Below, one piece after another: positions 10,343 through 22,704 of a stretch of 64,000 bases of DNA. The notes under the pieces are model-generated. The model searched no databases. It saw nothing but the letters and a program-made list of their open reading frames with translations, and had not been told where the DNA came from. The DNA is from Escherichia phage vB_EcoM-G3G7: sequence record MZ234040.1. One strand, written 5' to 3'. The translations under genes were made by a program, and so were the position numbers. The stretch's first letter is position 1; every line of letters begins with the position of its first letter.

Positions 10343-10658
10343 CATTCGTCCGGTCGATGAGACCGGTCTTTCAGAAAAAGAACTTTCAATTAAGAAAGAA
10401 AAGGATGAAATAGCAAAGCTTCTTGATCGTCAAGAAAATGGATTTATTATTGAAAAAATGGTAGAAGAGTTTGGAATGAGTTATCTTGAAGCTACGACAG
10501 CATTCTTGGAAGAAAACTCTATTCCTGAAACTCAATTTGCTAAATTTATTCCTTCGGGGATAATTGAAAAAATCCAGTCAGAAGCTATTGACGAAAATCT
10601 TTTACGTCCTTCTGTTGTTCGTTGTGAAAAAACTAATACATTAGATTTTCTACTATGA
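10320..10658 (+). CDS. 33: late transcription co-activator gp33
   Basis: MTQFSLNDIRPVDETGLSEKE... matches T4 gp33 (112 aa); ATG at 10320, ORF-track start 10311 is a TTG. Confidence 0.9.
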   Translation: MTQFSLNDIRPVDETGLSEKELSIKKEKDEIAKLLDRQENGFIIEKMVEEFGMSYLEATTAFLEENSIPETQFAKFIPSGIIEKIQSEAIDENLLRPSVVRCEKTNTLDFLL

Positions 10659-11308
10659 TTAAACTCCGCATGCCTGCTGGTGGTGAAAGATACATTGATG
10701 GTAAATCAGTTTATAAATTATACTTAATGATAAAACAACATATGAATGGAAAGTATGATGTTATTAAGTATAATTGGTGCATGCGGGTGTCTGATGCCGC
10801 TTATCAAAAGCGAAGGGATAAGTATTTTTTCCAGAAGTTATCAGAAAAATATAAATTAAAGGAACTTGCTTTAATCTTTATAAGCAATCTTGTTGCTAAC
10901 CAGGATGCTTGGATTGGCGACATCTCTGACGCTGATGCACTTGTGTTTTATCGTGAATATATCGGACGCTTAAAGCAAATTAAATTTAAGTTTGAAGAAG
11001 ATATTCGCAACATTTATTATTTTAGTAAGAAAGTTGAAGTTTCTGCTTTTAAAGAAATCTTTGAGTATAATCCAAAAGTTCAATCAAGTTATATTTTTAA
11101 ACTACTTCAATCGAATATAATTTCGTTTGAAACGTTTATCTTGCTTGATTCGTTTTTAAATATAATTGATAAACACGATGAACAGACTGATAATTTAGTC
11201 TGGAATAATTATTCTATAAAGTTAAAGGCTTATAGAAAAATTTTAAATATTGATTCACAGAAAGCTAAAAATGTTTTCATTGAAACTGTGAAATCTTGTA
11301 AGTATTGA
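10655..11308 (+). CDS. 59: helicase loader gp59
   Basis: 217-aa ORF MIKLRMPAGGERYIDGKSVYKLYLMIKQHMNGKYDVIKYNWCMRVSDAAY... matches T4 gp59; ATGA overlap with the gene 33 stop. Confidence 0.93.
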   Translation: MIKLRMPAGGERYIDGKSVYKLYLMIKQHMNGKYDVIKYNWCMRVSDAAYQKRRDKYFFQKLSEKYKLKELALIFISNLVANQDAWIGDISDADALVFYREYIGRLKQIKFKFEEDIRNIYYFSKKVEVSAFKEIFEYNPKVQSSYIFKLLQSNIISFETFILLDSFLNIIDKHDEQTDNLVWNNYSIKLKAYRKILNIDSQKAKNVFIETVKSCKY

Positions 11309-11309
11309 T

Positions 11310-11942
11310 ATGAATATAGTATATTGGTTTACATTTGAAGACCGTGTCAAAAATAAGACTCCGCCATACTACTATATCGGTAGTAAATTAAATTGCTCAT
11401 TTGAGAACGGAATAATATATGACTCTTCCGGAAAGGAATACTGGAGCTCATGTAAACAAAAAAGATTTTTGAATGCGCTAATGCTTCAAAAACCGAGCGT
11501 TAAAATAATTCAAATTGATGATGACTTGGATGTTATTGAAGCAGAACGAAAATACCAACTTGAAGTAAATGCCAGAGATAATCCAGACTATTTTAATCTG
11601 GTATATGCTGGTGGTGGATTTGGTGTGAGTGGTGAAACTCATCCAGCAAAAGACCCGGAAGTTAGAGAGCATATGAGATTGGCTAATTATATGAACCGTG
11701 ACGATTTTAGACCTTGGAAAACATCACGAGCTAATATAGAGTCTTGGAAATTATCTCATATTGCTTACGAGAATTATGTGTTATTATTATCCTCTAATCT
11801 GTACGGTAAAACTCCCGGATGGCGAAGAGTTAAAGGTAATATAAATATAACTGATACAACTGCTAAATCGATGGTAAAGTATTTCAACTCAGGTTGGATA
11901 CCTCTCGAAGACCCAGAGTATTGCGAATTATGCCAGCTATGA
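11310..11942 (+). CDS. segG: GIY-YIG-like homing endonuclease SegG
   Basis: 210-aa ORF between genes 59 and 32 (T4 segG position); N-terminal IVY...YIGSK resembles a GIY-YIG motif. Confidence 0.7.
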   Translation: MNIVYWFTFEDRVKNKTPPYYYIGSKLNCSFENGIIYDSSGKEYWSSCKQKRFLNALMLQKPSVKIIQIDDDLDVIEAERKYQLEVNARDNPDYFNLVYAGGGFGVSGETHPAKDPEVREHMRLANYMNRDDFRPWKTSRANIESWKLSHIAYENYVLLLSSNLYGKTPGWRRVKGNINITDTTAKSMVKYFNSGWIPLEDPEYCELCQL

Positions 11943-11996
11943 GGTAAAGTGTCATAGCACCAACTGTTAATTAAATTAAATTAAAAAGGAAATAAA
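11943..11996 (+). promoter_or_regulatory. gene 32 translational operator (autoregulatory leader: pseudoknot region plus unstructured A/U-rich gp32 binding site)
   Basis: GTGTCATAGCACCAACTG followed by TTAATTAAATTAAATTAAAAAGGAAATAAAATG, matching the known T4 gene 32 leader architecture. Confidence 0.7.
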
Positions 11997-12902
11997 ATGT
12001 TTAAACGTAAATCTACTGCTGAACTTGCTGCACAAATGGCTAAACTGAATGGCAATAAAGGTTTTTCTTCTGAAGATAAAGGCGAGTGGAAACTGAAACT
12101 CGATAATGCGGGTAACGGTCAAGCAGTAATTCGTTTTCTTCCGTCTAAAAATGATGAACAAGCACCATTCGCAATTCTTGTAAATCACGGTTTCAAGAAA
12201 AATGGTAAATGGTATATTGAAACATGTTCATCTACCCATGGTGATTACGATTCTTGTCCAGTATGTCAGTACATCAGTAAAAATGATCTGTACAACACTG
12301 ACAATAAAGAGTACAGTCTTGTTAAACGTAAAACTTCTTACTGGGCTAATATTCTTGTTGTAAAAGACCCAGCTGCTCCAGAAAATGAAGGTAAAGTATT
12401 TAAATATCGTTTCGGTAAGAAAATCTGGGATAAAATCAACGCGATGATTGCGGTTGATGTTGAAATGGGTGAAACTCCGGTTGATGTAACTTGTCCGTGG
12501 GAAGGTGCTAACTTTGTACTGAAAGTTAAACAAGTTTCTGGTTTTAGTAACTACGACGAATCTAAATTCCTGAATCAATCTGCGATTCCAAACATTGACG
12601 ATGAATCTTTCCAGAAAGAACTGTTCGAACAAATGGTTGACCTTTCTGAAATGACTTCTAAAGATAAATTCAAATCGTTTGAAGAACTGAGCACTAAATT
12701 CGGTCAAGTTATGGGAACTGCTGTGATGGGCGGTGCCGCTGCAACTGCTGCTAAGAAAGCTGATAAAGTTGCTGATGATTTGGATGCATTCAATGTTGAT
12801 GACTTCAATACAAAAACTGAAGATGATTTTATGAGCTCAAGCTCTGGCAGTTCATCTAGTGCTGATGACACGGACCTGGATGACCTTTTGAATGACCTTT
12901 AA
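11997..12902 (+). CDS. 32: single-stranded DNA binding protein gp32
   Basis: 301-aa [54 protein letters not shown]... matches T4 gp32, including the acidic C-terminal tail. Confidence 0.95.
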
Positions 12903-12924
12903 TGGATTATATTACTAATTAATT

Positions 12925-12954
12925 GGGGACCCTAGAGGTCCCCTTTTTTATTTT
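12925..12954 (+). terminator. intrinsic terminator after gene 32
   Basis: GGGGACC-CTAGA-GGTCCCC hairpin followed by TTTTTTATTTT. Confidence 0.85.
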
Positions 12955-12973
12955 AAAAATTTTTCACAAAACT

Positions 12974-13003
12974 GTTTACATCCTTGTTCTTCCATGGTAC
13001 TAT
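12974..13003 (+). promoter_or_regulatory. T4-type early promoter upstream of frd.3
   Basis: GTTTAC at 12974-12979, 18-nt spacer, TACTAT at 12998-13003 with upstream TGG. Confidence 0.55.
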
Positions 13004-13046
13004 ACAACTATCGGCAATACTGCTGATGATTAAAGAGGAAAACAAT

Positions 13047-13274
13047 ATGGCTAAAGTTGATATTGACATCGTTGATTTTGAATATATTGAAGAGATTATT
13101 CGTAATCGTTATCCTGAACTTAGTATCACAAGCGTGCAAGATTCTAAGTTTTGGAGTATTCAAATCGTTATTGAAGGTCCTCTTGAAGACCTCACCCGCT
13201 TTATGGCTAATGAATATTGTGATGGTATGGATGCTGAAGACACAGAATTTTACATGGGAATGATTGAACAATAA
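13047..13274 (+). CDS. frd.3: small early protein Frd.3-like
   Basis: 75-aa [28 protein letters not shown]... with AAAGAGGAAA upstream; first ORF downstream of gene 32; name by position. Confidence 0.6.
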   Translation: MAKVDIDIVDFEYIEEIIRNRYPELSITSVQDSKFWSIQIVIEGPLEDLTRFMANEYCDGMDAEDTEFYMGMIEQ

Positions 13275-13319
13275 TTATCAAGGGGCTATTAAGCCCCTAT
13301 TAAAATGAGGAAAATCAAA

Positions 13320-13706
13320 ATGGAAATCGGCAAAAAATACGAGTTAAATCCACACCGTATTAAATCTTTCATTGATATTAGTTCATCAAATGCTAATATG
13401 GTCGGCATCATTCAAGAAAATGGTGGTTGGTTTGAAGTTAAATCAATATCAAGTTTAGATGGCTTTGATTATGTAACCGAAATCATTTGTGCTAATGGTG
13501 AAATCTATAATGATGATGGTATGGGTGATGATTATTTTGAACTTAGTGAAGAAGAGTTTTATTGTTTCCGCGAATATAAAGAACCAACTTCTGAAGAAGA
13601 TGAAGTCAAAGACAAGGTTTCTGGCGTAACAAAAATTCACTGCATTGTTGACGAAAACAATGTAGATGAAATCATTGAACTTTTGCGAAAAACTTTCAAA
13701 AAGTAG
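13320..13706 (+). CDS. frd.2: small early protein Frd.2-like
   Basis: 128-aa ORF MEIGKKYELNPHRIKSF...; GAGG 9 nt upstream of ATG 13320 (alternative ATG at 13305); preceded by hairpin AGGGGCT-ATTA-AGCCCCT. Confidence 0.6.
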   Translation: MEIGKKYELNPHRIKSFIDISSSNANMVGIIQENGGWFEVKSISSLDGFDYVTEIICANGEIYNDDGMGDDYFELSEEEFYCFREYKEPTSEEDEVKDKVSGVTKIHCIVDENNVDEIIELLRKTFKK

Positions 13707-13735
13707 TTTACAGAAGGGTAGTAGTGTGATACTAT
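13706..13735 (+). promoter_or_regulatory. T4-type early promoter
   Basis: GTTTAC at 13706-13711, 18-nt spacer, TACTAT at 13730-13735 with upstream TGTGA. Confidence 0.55.
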
Positions 13736-13765
13736 TACCCTATCAAAACTAATGGAGAAAAGAAA

Positions 13766-13834
13766 ATGTTCGCACCTTATATTATGGCAGCAGTTATGTT
13801 GGTCTGTTTATATCTTTTGATTAAAGCTTGCTAA
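13766..13834 (+). CDS. 22-aa hydrophobic mini-protein (MFAPYIMAAVMLVCLYLLIKAC), possible single-pass membrane peptide
   Basis: GGAG 8 nt upstream of the ATG; own early-type promoter; not in the supplied ORF track (below size cutoff). Confidence 0.4.
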   Translation: MFAPYIMAAVMLVCLYLLIKAC

Positions 13835-13844
13835 GGAGAATAAA

Positions 13845-14087
13845 ATGAGATTACAACGCCAGAGCATCAAAGATTCAGAAGTTAGAGGTAAATGGTATTT
13901 TAATATCATCGGTAAAGATTCTGAGCTTGTTGAAAAAGCTGAACGCCTTTTACGCGATATGGGGTGGGAAGATGAATGTGATGGATGTCCTCTTTATGAA
14001 GATGGAGAAAGCGCGGGATTTTGGATTTACTATTCTGACGTTGAACAGTTTAAAGCTGATTGGAAAATTGTGAAAAAGTCTGTTTAA
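13845..14087 (+). CDS. small early protein (frd.1-region), Cys-containing acidic ORF
   Basis: 80-aa ORF with AAGGAGAATAAAATG ribosome-binding context. Confidence 0.6.
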   Translation: MRLQRQSIKDSEVRGKWYFNIIGKDSELVEKAERLLRDMGWEDECDGCPLYEDGESAGFWIYYSDVEQFKADWKIVKKSV

Positions 14088-14097
14088 GGAAAATAAT

Positions 14098-15126
<1,029 letters not shown>

Positions 15127-15127
<1 letters not shown>

Positions 15128-15675
15128 TGAAACAATACCAATTTTTAATTAAAGATATCCTGGAAAATGGCTACGAAACCGATGACCGAACAGGCACAGG
15201 AACAATTGCTTTGTTCGGTACTAAATTACGCTGGGATTTAACTAAAGGTTTTCCTGCGGTAACAACTAAGAAGCTCGCCTGGAAAGCTTGCATTGCTGAG
15301 CTACTTTGGTTTTTATCAGGAAGCACAAATGTCAATGATTTACGATTAATTCAGCATGATTCGTTAATCCAAGGCAAAACAGTTTGGGATGAAAATTACG
15401 AAAATCAGGCAAAAGATTTAGGATACCATAGTGGTGAACTTGGCCCAATTTATGGAAAACAGTGGCGCGATTTTGGCGGTGTAGACCAAATTATAGAAGT
15501 TATTGATCGTATTAAAAAACTACCAAGTGATAGGCGTCAAATTGTTTCTGCGTGGAATCCAGCTGAACTCAAGCAGATGGCATTACCGCCTTGTCATATG
15601 TTCTATCAGTTTAATGTGCGTAATGGCTATTTGGATTTGCAGTGGTATCAACGATCAGTAGATGTTTTCTTGGGT
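15127..15675 (+). CDS. td: thymidylate synthase, exon 1
   Basis: MKQYQFLIKDILENGYETDDRTGTGTIALFG... matches T4 Td; exon ends ...TTGGGT immediately before the intron sequence TAATTGAGGCCTGAGTATAAGGTG. Confidence 0.93.
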
Positions 15676-16691
15676 TAATTGAGGCCTGAGTATAAGGTGA
15701 CTTATACTTGTAATCTATCTAAACGGGGAACCTCTCTAGTAGACAATCCCGTGCTAAATTGTAGGACTGCCCTTTAATAAATACTTCTATATTTAAAGAG
15801 GTATTTATGAAAAGCGGAATTTATCAGATTAAAAATACTTTAAACAATAAAGTATATGTAGGAAGTGCTAAAGATTTTGAAAAGAGATGGAAGAGGCATT
15901 TTAAAGATTTAGAAAAAGGATGCCATTCTTCTATAAAGCTTCAGAGGTCTTTTAACAAACATGGTAATGTGTTTGAATGTTCTATTTTGGAAGAAATTCC
16001 ATATGAGAAAGATTTGATTATTGAACGAGAAAATTTTTGGATTAAAGAGCTTAATTCTAAAATTAATGGATACAATATTGCTGATGCAACGTTTGGTGAT
16101 ACATGTTCTACGCATCCATTAAAAGAAGAAATTATTAAGAAACGTTCTGAAACTGTTAAAGCTAAGATGCTTAAACTTGGACCTGATGGTCGGAAAGCTC
16201 TTTACAGTAAACCCGGAAGTAAAAACGGGCGTTTGAATCCAGAAACCCATAAGTTTTGTAAGTGCGGTGTTCGCATACAAACTTCTGCTTATACTTGTAG
16301 TAAATGCAGAAATCGTTCAGGTGAAAATAATTCATTCTTTAATCATAAGCATTCAGACATAACTAAATCTAAAATATCAGAAAAGATGAAAGGTAAAAAG
16401 CCTAGTAATATTAAAAAGATTTCATGTGATGGGGTTATTTTTGATTGTGCAGCAGATGCAGCTAGACATTTTAAAATTTCGTCTGGATTAGTTACTTATC
16501 GTGTAAAATCTGATAAATGGAATTGGTTCTACATAAATGCCTAACGACTATCCCTTTGGGGAGTAGGGTCAAGTGACTCGAAACGATAGACAACTTGCTT
16601 TAACAAGTTGGAGATATAGTCTGATCTGCATGGTGACATGCAGCTGGATATAATTCCGGGGTAAGATTAACGACCTTATCTGAACATAATG
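15676..16691 (+). mobile_element. group I self-splicing intron of td (1016 nt) carrying the I-TevI ORF
   Basis: Intron 5' end TAATTGAGGCCTGAG... and 3' end ...CTGAACATAATG (terminal G) match the T4 td intron; joining the exons gives a 286-aa thymidylate synthase. Confidence 0.9.
15807..16544 (+). CDS. I-TevI: GIY-YIG homing endonuclease I-TevI (intron-encoded)
   Basis: 245-aa ORF MKSGIYQIKNTLNNKVYVGSAKDFEKRWKRHF... with GIY-YIG motif and C-terminal DNA-binding region, inside the td intron. Confidence 0.93.
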   Translation: MKSGIYQIKNTLNNKVYVGSAKDFEKRWKRHFKDLEKGCHSSIKLQRSFNKHGNVFECSILEEIPYEKDLIIERENFWIKELNSKINGYNIADATFGDTCSTHPLKEEIIKKRSETVKAKMLKLGPDGRKALYSKPGSKNGRLNPETHKFCKCGVRIQTSAYTCSKCRNRSGENNSFFNHKHSDITKSKISEKMKGKKPSNIKKISCDGVIFDCAADAARHFKISSGLVTYRVKSDKWNWFYINA

Positions 16692-17003
16692 CTTCCATTT
16701 AATATTGCATCATATGCTACGTTAGTTCATATTGTAGCTAAGATGTGTAATCTTATTCCGGGAGATTTGATATTTTCCGGTGGTAATACTCATATCTATA
16801 TGAATCACGTAGAACAATGTAAAGAAATTTTGCGTCGTGAACCTAAAGAGCTTTGTGAACTGGTAATAGGCGGATTGCCTTATAAATTCCGCTATCTTTC
16901 TACTAAAGAACAATTGGAATACATTCTTAAACTCAGGCCTAAAGATTTCGTTCTCAAAGATTATCAGTCCCACGGCGTCTTGAAAGGAAAAATGGCGGTG
17001 TAA
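16692..17003 (+). CDS. td: thymidylate synthase, exon 2
   Basis: LPFNIASYATLVHIVAKMCNLIPGDLIFSGGNTHIYMNHVEQ... continues the Td frame after the intron. Confidence 0.93.
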   Translation, partial: LPFNIASYATLVHIVAKMCNLIPGDLIFSGGNTHIYMNHVEQCKEILRREPKELCELVIGGLPYKFRYLSTKEQLEYILKLRPKDFVLKDYQSHGVLKGKMAV

Positions 17004-17026
17004 TTTTAATTTAATTGTGAGGATTT

Positions 17027-17290
17027 ATGATTTTACGATTTAAAGATACTTCTGGTGTAGTTCTTTTTACACTTCCTAACCCAAGTGAGTTAGAAGTTCC
17101 AGGACCAAATCAGCCTATTATCATTTATGGCAAAAAATATTATACTCATAAAATGACTCGTGAGTATTTTGATAATAAAATTTCCACAGTTAAAACTTCT
17201 TCTGACTGTTACTACGATATTACTGTTTTAACGGAAAAACAATATGCCGAATTATCACCGCGCGGGCCGTCTATGTCGGGTAGTGAATAA
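17027..17290 (+). CDS. small early protein between td and nrdA (nrdA.2-like by position)
   Basis: 87-aa ORF with GAGG upstream of ATG. Confidence 0.55.
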   Translation: MILRFKDTSGVVLFTLPNPSELEVPGPNQPIIIYGKKYYTHKMTREYFDNKISTVKTSSDCYYDITVLTEKQYAELSPRGPSMSGSE

Positions 17291-17322
17291 ATACAAATCC
17301 GACTTTGATGTGAATATTCACC

Positions 17323-17571
17323 GTGGTACATTTTGGGGAAATTACGTCGGTAAAGATGCTGGCAGCCGGGAGGCTGCCATTGAATTATTCAAAAAAAGAT
17401 TTTATACGTCGAATTAAATCCGGAGAAATAACTAAAGCACATTTAGAGCCTTTACGTGGAATGAGGCTAGGATGCACATGTAAACCAAAGCCGTGTCATG
17501 GTGATATAATAGCTCATATAGTTAACCGACTGTTTAAAGACGATTTTCAAGTTGAGGACTTATGCAATTAA
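17323..17571 (+). CDS. small early protein (nrdA.1-like by position), Cys/His-containing
   Basis: 82-aa ORF if the GTG at 17323 is used (internal ATG at 17356); contains hairpin GGCAGCC-GGGA-GGCTGCC at 17361-17378; stop overlaps the nrdA start. Confidence 0.45.
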   Translation: MVHFGEITSVKMLAAGRLPLNYSKKDFIRRIKSGEITKAHLEPLRGMRLGCTCKPKPCHGDIIAHIVNRLFKDDFQVEDLCN

Positions 17572-19826
17572 TTAATGTTATCAAAAGTAGTGGTGTTTCT
17601 CAGAGCTTTGACCCGCAAAAAATTATTAAAGTTTTATCTTGGGCATCTGAGGGAACATCAGTAGATCCTTATGAATTATATGAAAATATTAAATCTTATC
17701 TCCGTGATGGAATGACAACTGATGATATTCAGACTATTGTCATTAAGGCCGCTGCGAATTCTATTTCGGTCGAAGAGCCTGATTATCAATATGTAGCTGC
17801 ACGTTGTCTAATGTTCGCTCTTCGTAAGCATGTTTATGGGCAGTATGAACCGCGTTCATTTATTGACCATATTTCTTACTGTGTAAATGAAGGTAAATAC
17901 GACCCTGAACTGTTGTCAAAATATTCAGCAGAAGAAATTACATTTTTAGAATCAAAAATTAAGCACGAACGGGATATGGAATTTACTTATTCCGGGGCGA
18001 TGCAATTAAAAGAAAAATATCTAGTTAAAGATAAAACCACTGGTCAAATTTATGAAACTCCACAGTTTGCATTTATGACTATTGGAATGGCCTTGCATCA
18101 AGATGAACCTGTTGATAGATTAAAACATGTTATCCGTTTTTATGAAGCGGTATCTACTCGACAGATTTCATTACCAACTCCTATTATGGCTGGTTGCCGT
18201 ACTCCAACTCGGCAGTTTAGTTCATGCGTTGTTATTGAGGCAGGCGATTCACTGAAGTCTATCAATAAGGCTTCTGCTTCAATTGTTGAATATATCTCTA
18301 AACGCGCTGGAATTGGTATTAACGTTGGTATGATTCGTGCTGAAGGTTCTAAGATTGGCATGGGTGAAGTACGCCATACTGGTGTTATTCCTTTTTGGAA
18401 ACATTTTCAGACTGCTGTTAAATCATGCTCACAGGGTGGAATTCGTGGCGGCGCTGCTACTGCTTATTATCCTATTTGGCATTTGGAAGTTGAAAATCTT
18501 CTTGTTTTGAAAAATAACAAAGGCGTAGAAGAAAACCGCATTCGTCATATGGATTATGGTGTTCAACTGAATGATTTGATGATGGAACGTTTTGGAAAGA
18601 ACGATTACATTACTTTGTTCAGTCCCCATGAAATGGGCGGAGAGCTTTATTATTCTTATTTTAAAGACCAAGACCGTTTCCGTGAATTATACGAAGCAGC
18701 AGAAAAAGACCCTAATATTCGTAAAAAGCGTATTAAAGCCCGTGAACTATTTGAATTGCTCATGACTGAACGCTCAGGAACAGCAAGAATTTATGTACAG
18801 TTCATTGATAATACGAATAACTATACTCCGTTTATTCGTGAAAAGGCACCTATTCGTCAGAGTAACTTGTGCTGTGAAATTGCTATTCCAACAAATGATG
18901 TGAATAGTCCTGATGCTGAAATTGGATTGTGTACTCTCTCTGCATTCGTACTAGATAATTTTGACTGGCAAGACCAAGATAAAATTAATGAATTGGCAGA
19001 AGTTCAAGTTCGTGCTCTTGATAATCTGTTGGATTACCAAGGATATCCAGTTCCTGAAGCAGAAAAAGCTAAAAAGCGTCGTAACCTCGGTGTAGGTGTT
19101 ACCAACTATGCAGCTTGGCTGGCAAGTAACTTTGCTTCTTATGAAGATGCTAATGATTTAACACATGAACTATTTGAGAGATTACAGTATGGACTCATTA
19201 AAGCATCCATTAAGCTCGCCAAAGAAAAAGGACCTTGCGAATATTATTCAGACACTCGTTGGTCTCGAGGCGAATTACCTATCGACTGGTACAATAAAAA
19301 GATTGACCAAATCGCAGCTCCAAAATACGTTTGTGACTGGTCGGCGCTGCGGGAAGACCTTAAGCTCTTTGGCATCCGTAATAGCACATTATCAGCACTT
19401 ATGCCATGTGAGTCATCTTCCCAAGTTTCTAACAGTACAAACGGTATCGAGCCTCCACGTGGACCAGTCTCTGTTAAAGAATCAAAAGAGGGTTCCTTTA
19501 ATCAAGTCGTGCCCAATATTGAGCATAACATAGACCTTTACGACTATACATGGAAATTAGCTAAGAAAGGTAATAAACCTTATCTTACGCAGGTAGCTAT
19601 TATGCTGAAATGGGTATGTCAATCAGCTTCAGCAAATACATACTATGACCCGCAGATTTTTCCAAAAGGAAAGGTTCCAATGTCAATAATGATTGATGAC
19701 ATGCTATACGGATGGTATTATGGCATTAAAAATTTCTATTATCATAATACCCGTGATGGTTCTGGTACTGATGATTATGAAATAGAAACTCCAAAAGCTG
19801 AAGATTGTTCATCCTGTAAATTATGA
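17562..19826 (+). CDS. nrdA: aerobic ribonucleotide reductase large subunit
   Basis: 754-aa ORF MQLINVIKSSGVSQSFDPQKIIKVLSWASEG... matches T4 NrdA (ATP-cone and catalytic domain). Confidence 0.95.
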   Translation: MQLINVIKSSGVSQSFDPQKIIKVLSWASEGTSVDPYELYENIKSYLRDGMTTDDIQTIVIKAAANSISVEEPDYQYVAARCLMFALRKHVYGQYEPRSFIDHISYCVNEGKYDPELLSKYSAEEITFLESKIKHERDMEFTYSGAMQLKEKYLVKDKTTGQIYETPQFAFMTIGMALHQDEPVDRLKHVIRFYEAVSTRQISLPTPIMAGCRTPTRQFSSCVVIEAGDSLKSINKASASIVEYISKRAGIGINVGMIRAEGSKIGMGEVRHTGVIPFWKHFQTAVKSCSQGGIRGGAATAYYPIWHLEVENLLVLKNNKGVEENRIRHMDYGVQLNDLMMERFGKNDYITLFSPHEMGGELYYSYFKDQDRFRELYEAAEKDPNIRKKRIKARELFELLMTERSGTARIYVQFIDNTNNYTPFIREKAPIRQSNLCCEIAIPTNDVNSPDAEIGLCTLSAFVLDNFDWQDQDKINELAEVQVRALDNLLDYQGYPVPEAEKAKKRRNLGVGVTNYAAWLASNFASYEDANDLTHELFERLQYGLIKASIKLAKEKGPCEYYSDTRWSRGELPIDWYNKKIDQIAAPKYVCDWSALREDLKLFGIRNSTLSALMPCESSSQVSNSTNGIEPPRGPVSVKESKEGSFNQVVPNIEHNIDLYDYTWKLAKKGNKPYLTQVAIMLKWVCQSASANTYYDPQIFPKGKVPMSIMIDDMLYGWYYGIKNFYYHNTRDGSGTDDYEIETPKAEDCSSCKL

Positions 19827-19877
19827 TATAATTTGACTCACGGACGAGTCACCAACTATTAACTAAGCGGAAAATTT

Positions 19878-21056
19878 ATGAGCACAGTTTTTAATACAAA
19901 TCCAGTTGATGTTTTAAAAGAACCTATGTTTTTTGGTTCAGGTCTTGGTATTGCGCGTTATGATATTCAACGTCATAAAGTTTTTGAAGATTTAACCGAA
20001 AAGCAATTATCATTTTTCTGGCGTCCTGAAGAAGTAAACTTAATGATGGATGCTGCACAGTTTAATAAGCTTCCTCAGTATCAGCAAAATATTTTTACTA
20101 ACAACTTGAAGTATCAATCACTTTTGGATAGCATTCAGGGTCGTGCGCCGTCTGCTGTACTTATGTCATTAATTTCAGACCCAAGCCTTGATACATGGGT
20201 TGCTACATGGACTTTTAGTGAAACTATTCACAGTCGTTCATACACTCATATCATGCGAAATCTTTATACTGATCCGTCAAAGGTATTTGATGAGATTGTA
20301 TTAGATGAAGCTATTATGAAACGTGCTGAATCCATTGGACGTTATTATGATGATGTTCTGATTAAAACTCGTTATTGGGAAAACGCTAAAGCTGATATCG
20401 AATACCAAAAAGAAATTAATGCAGACGAAGACGTTATTGAAGATGCTATTGAGCATGAGACATATTGGAAGCGTGAGCTAATGAAATCTCTTTACCTCTG
20501 TTTGCATGTAATCAACGCATTGGAAGCTATTCGTTTTTATGTATCTTTTGCATGTACCTTTAACTTCCATAAGAACATGGAAATCATGGAAGGTAATGCC
20601 AAGATTATGAAGTTCATTGCACGCGATGAACAGCTTCACCTTAAAGGCACCCAATATATTATTCGTCAACTTCAACTTGGCACTGATGGCGATGAATGGG
20701 TTAAAATTGCTCAAGAGTGCGAGCAAGAAGCAGTTGATATTTTCATGGAAGTTAACCGCCAAGAAAAAGATTGGGCAGTTCATTTATTTAAAGATGGCGA
20801 TGTTCCTGGATTAAATACAAATAGCATGTGGAGCTTTATTGATTACTTAACTGTATCTCGTATGAAACAGTGTGGTCTTCCATGCCCAATTACCGATGCT
20901 CCGGTTAAACATCCATATCCTTGGATTCGTGAATATCTTAATTCTGATAATGTTCAATCTGCGCCACAAGAAGTAGAATTGTCATCTTACCTTGTTGCAC
21001 AGATTGATAATGATGTTGATGATAAAGTTATGATGAGTTTTAAAAAATACTTTTAA
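19878..21056 (+). CDS. nrdB: aerobic ribonucleotide reductase small subunit, uninterrupted (no intron)
   Basis: 392-aa continuous ORF with R2 ferritin-like motifs; no intervening sequence. Confidence 0.93.
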   Translation: MSTVFNTNPVDVLKEPMFFGSGLGIARYDIQRHKVFEDLTEKQLSFFWRPEEVNLMMDAAQFNKLPQYQQNIFTNNLKYQSLLDSIQGRAPSAVLMSLISDPSLDTWVATWTFSETIHSRSYTHIMRNLYTDPSKVFDEIVLDEAIMKRAESIGRYYDDVLIKTRYWENAKADIEYQKEINADEDVIEDAIEHETYWKRELMKSLYLCLHVINALEAIRFYVSFACTFNFHKNMEIMEGNAKIMKFIARDEQLHLKGTQYIIRQLQLGTDGDEWVKIAQECEQEAVDIFMEVNRQEKDWAVHLFKDGDVPGLNTNSMWSFIDYLTVSRMKQCGLPCPITDAPVKHPYPWIREYLNSDNVQSAPQEVELSSYLVAQIDNDVDDKVMMSFKKYF

Positions 21057-21060
21057 GGAG

Positions 21061-21083
21061 TGGGCCGCAAGGCCCATTTTATT
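21061..21083 (+). terminator. hairpin plus T-run after nrdB
   Basis: TGGGCC-GCAA-GGCCCA followed by TTTTATT. Confidence 0.6.
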
Positions 21084-22671
<1,588 letters not shown>

Positions 22672-22674
22672 GCT

Positions 22675-22704
22675 GTTTACAAGCCCCTCGTGTTGTGTTA
22701 TAGT
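22675..22704 (+). promoter_or_regulatory. T4-type early promoter upstream of alc; part of a 52-bp repeat also present at 38622-38673
   Basis: GTTTAC at 22675-22680, 18-nt spacer, TATAGT at 22699-22704. Confidence 0.6.
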
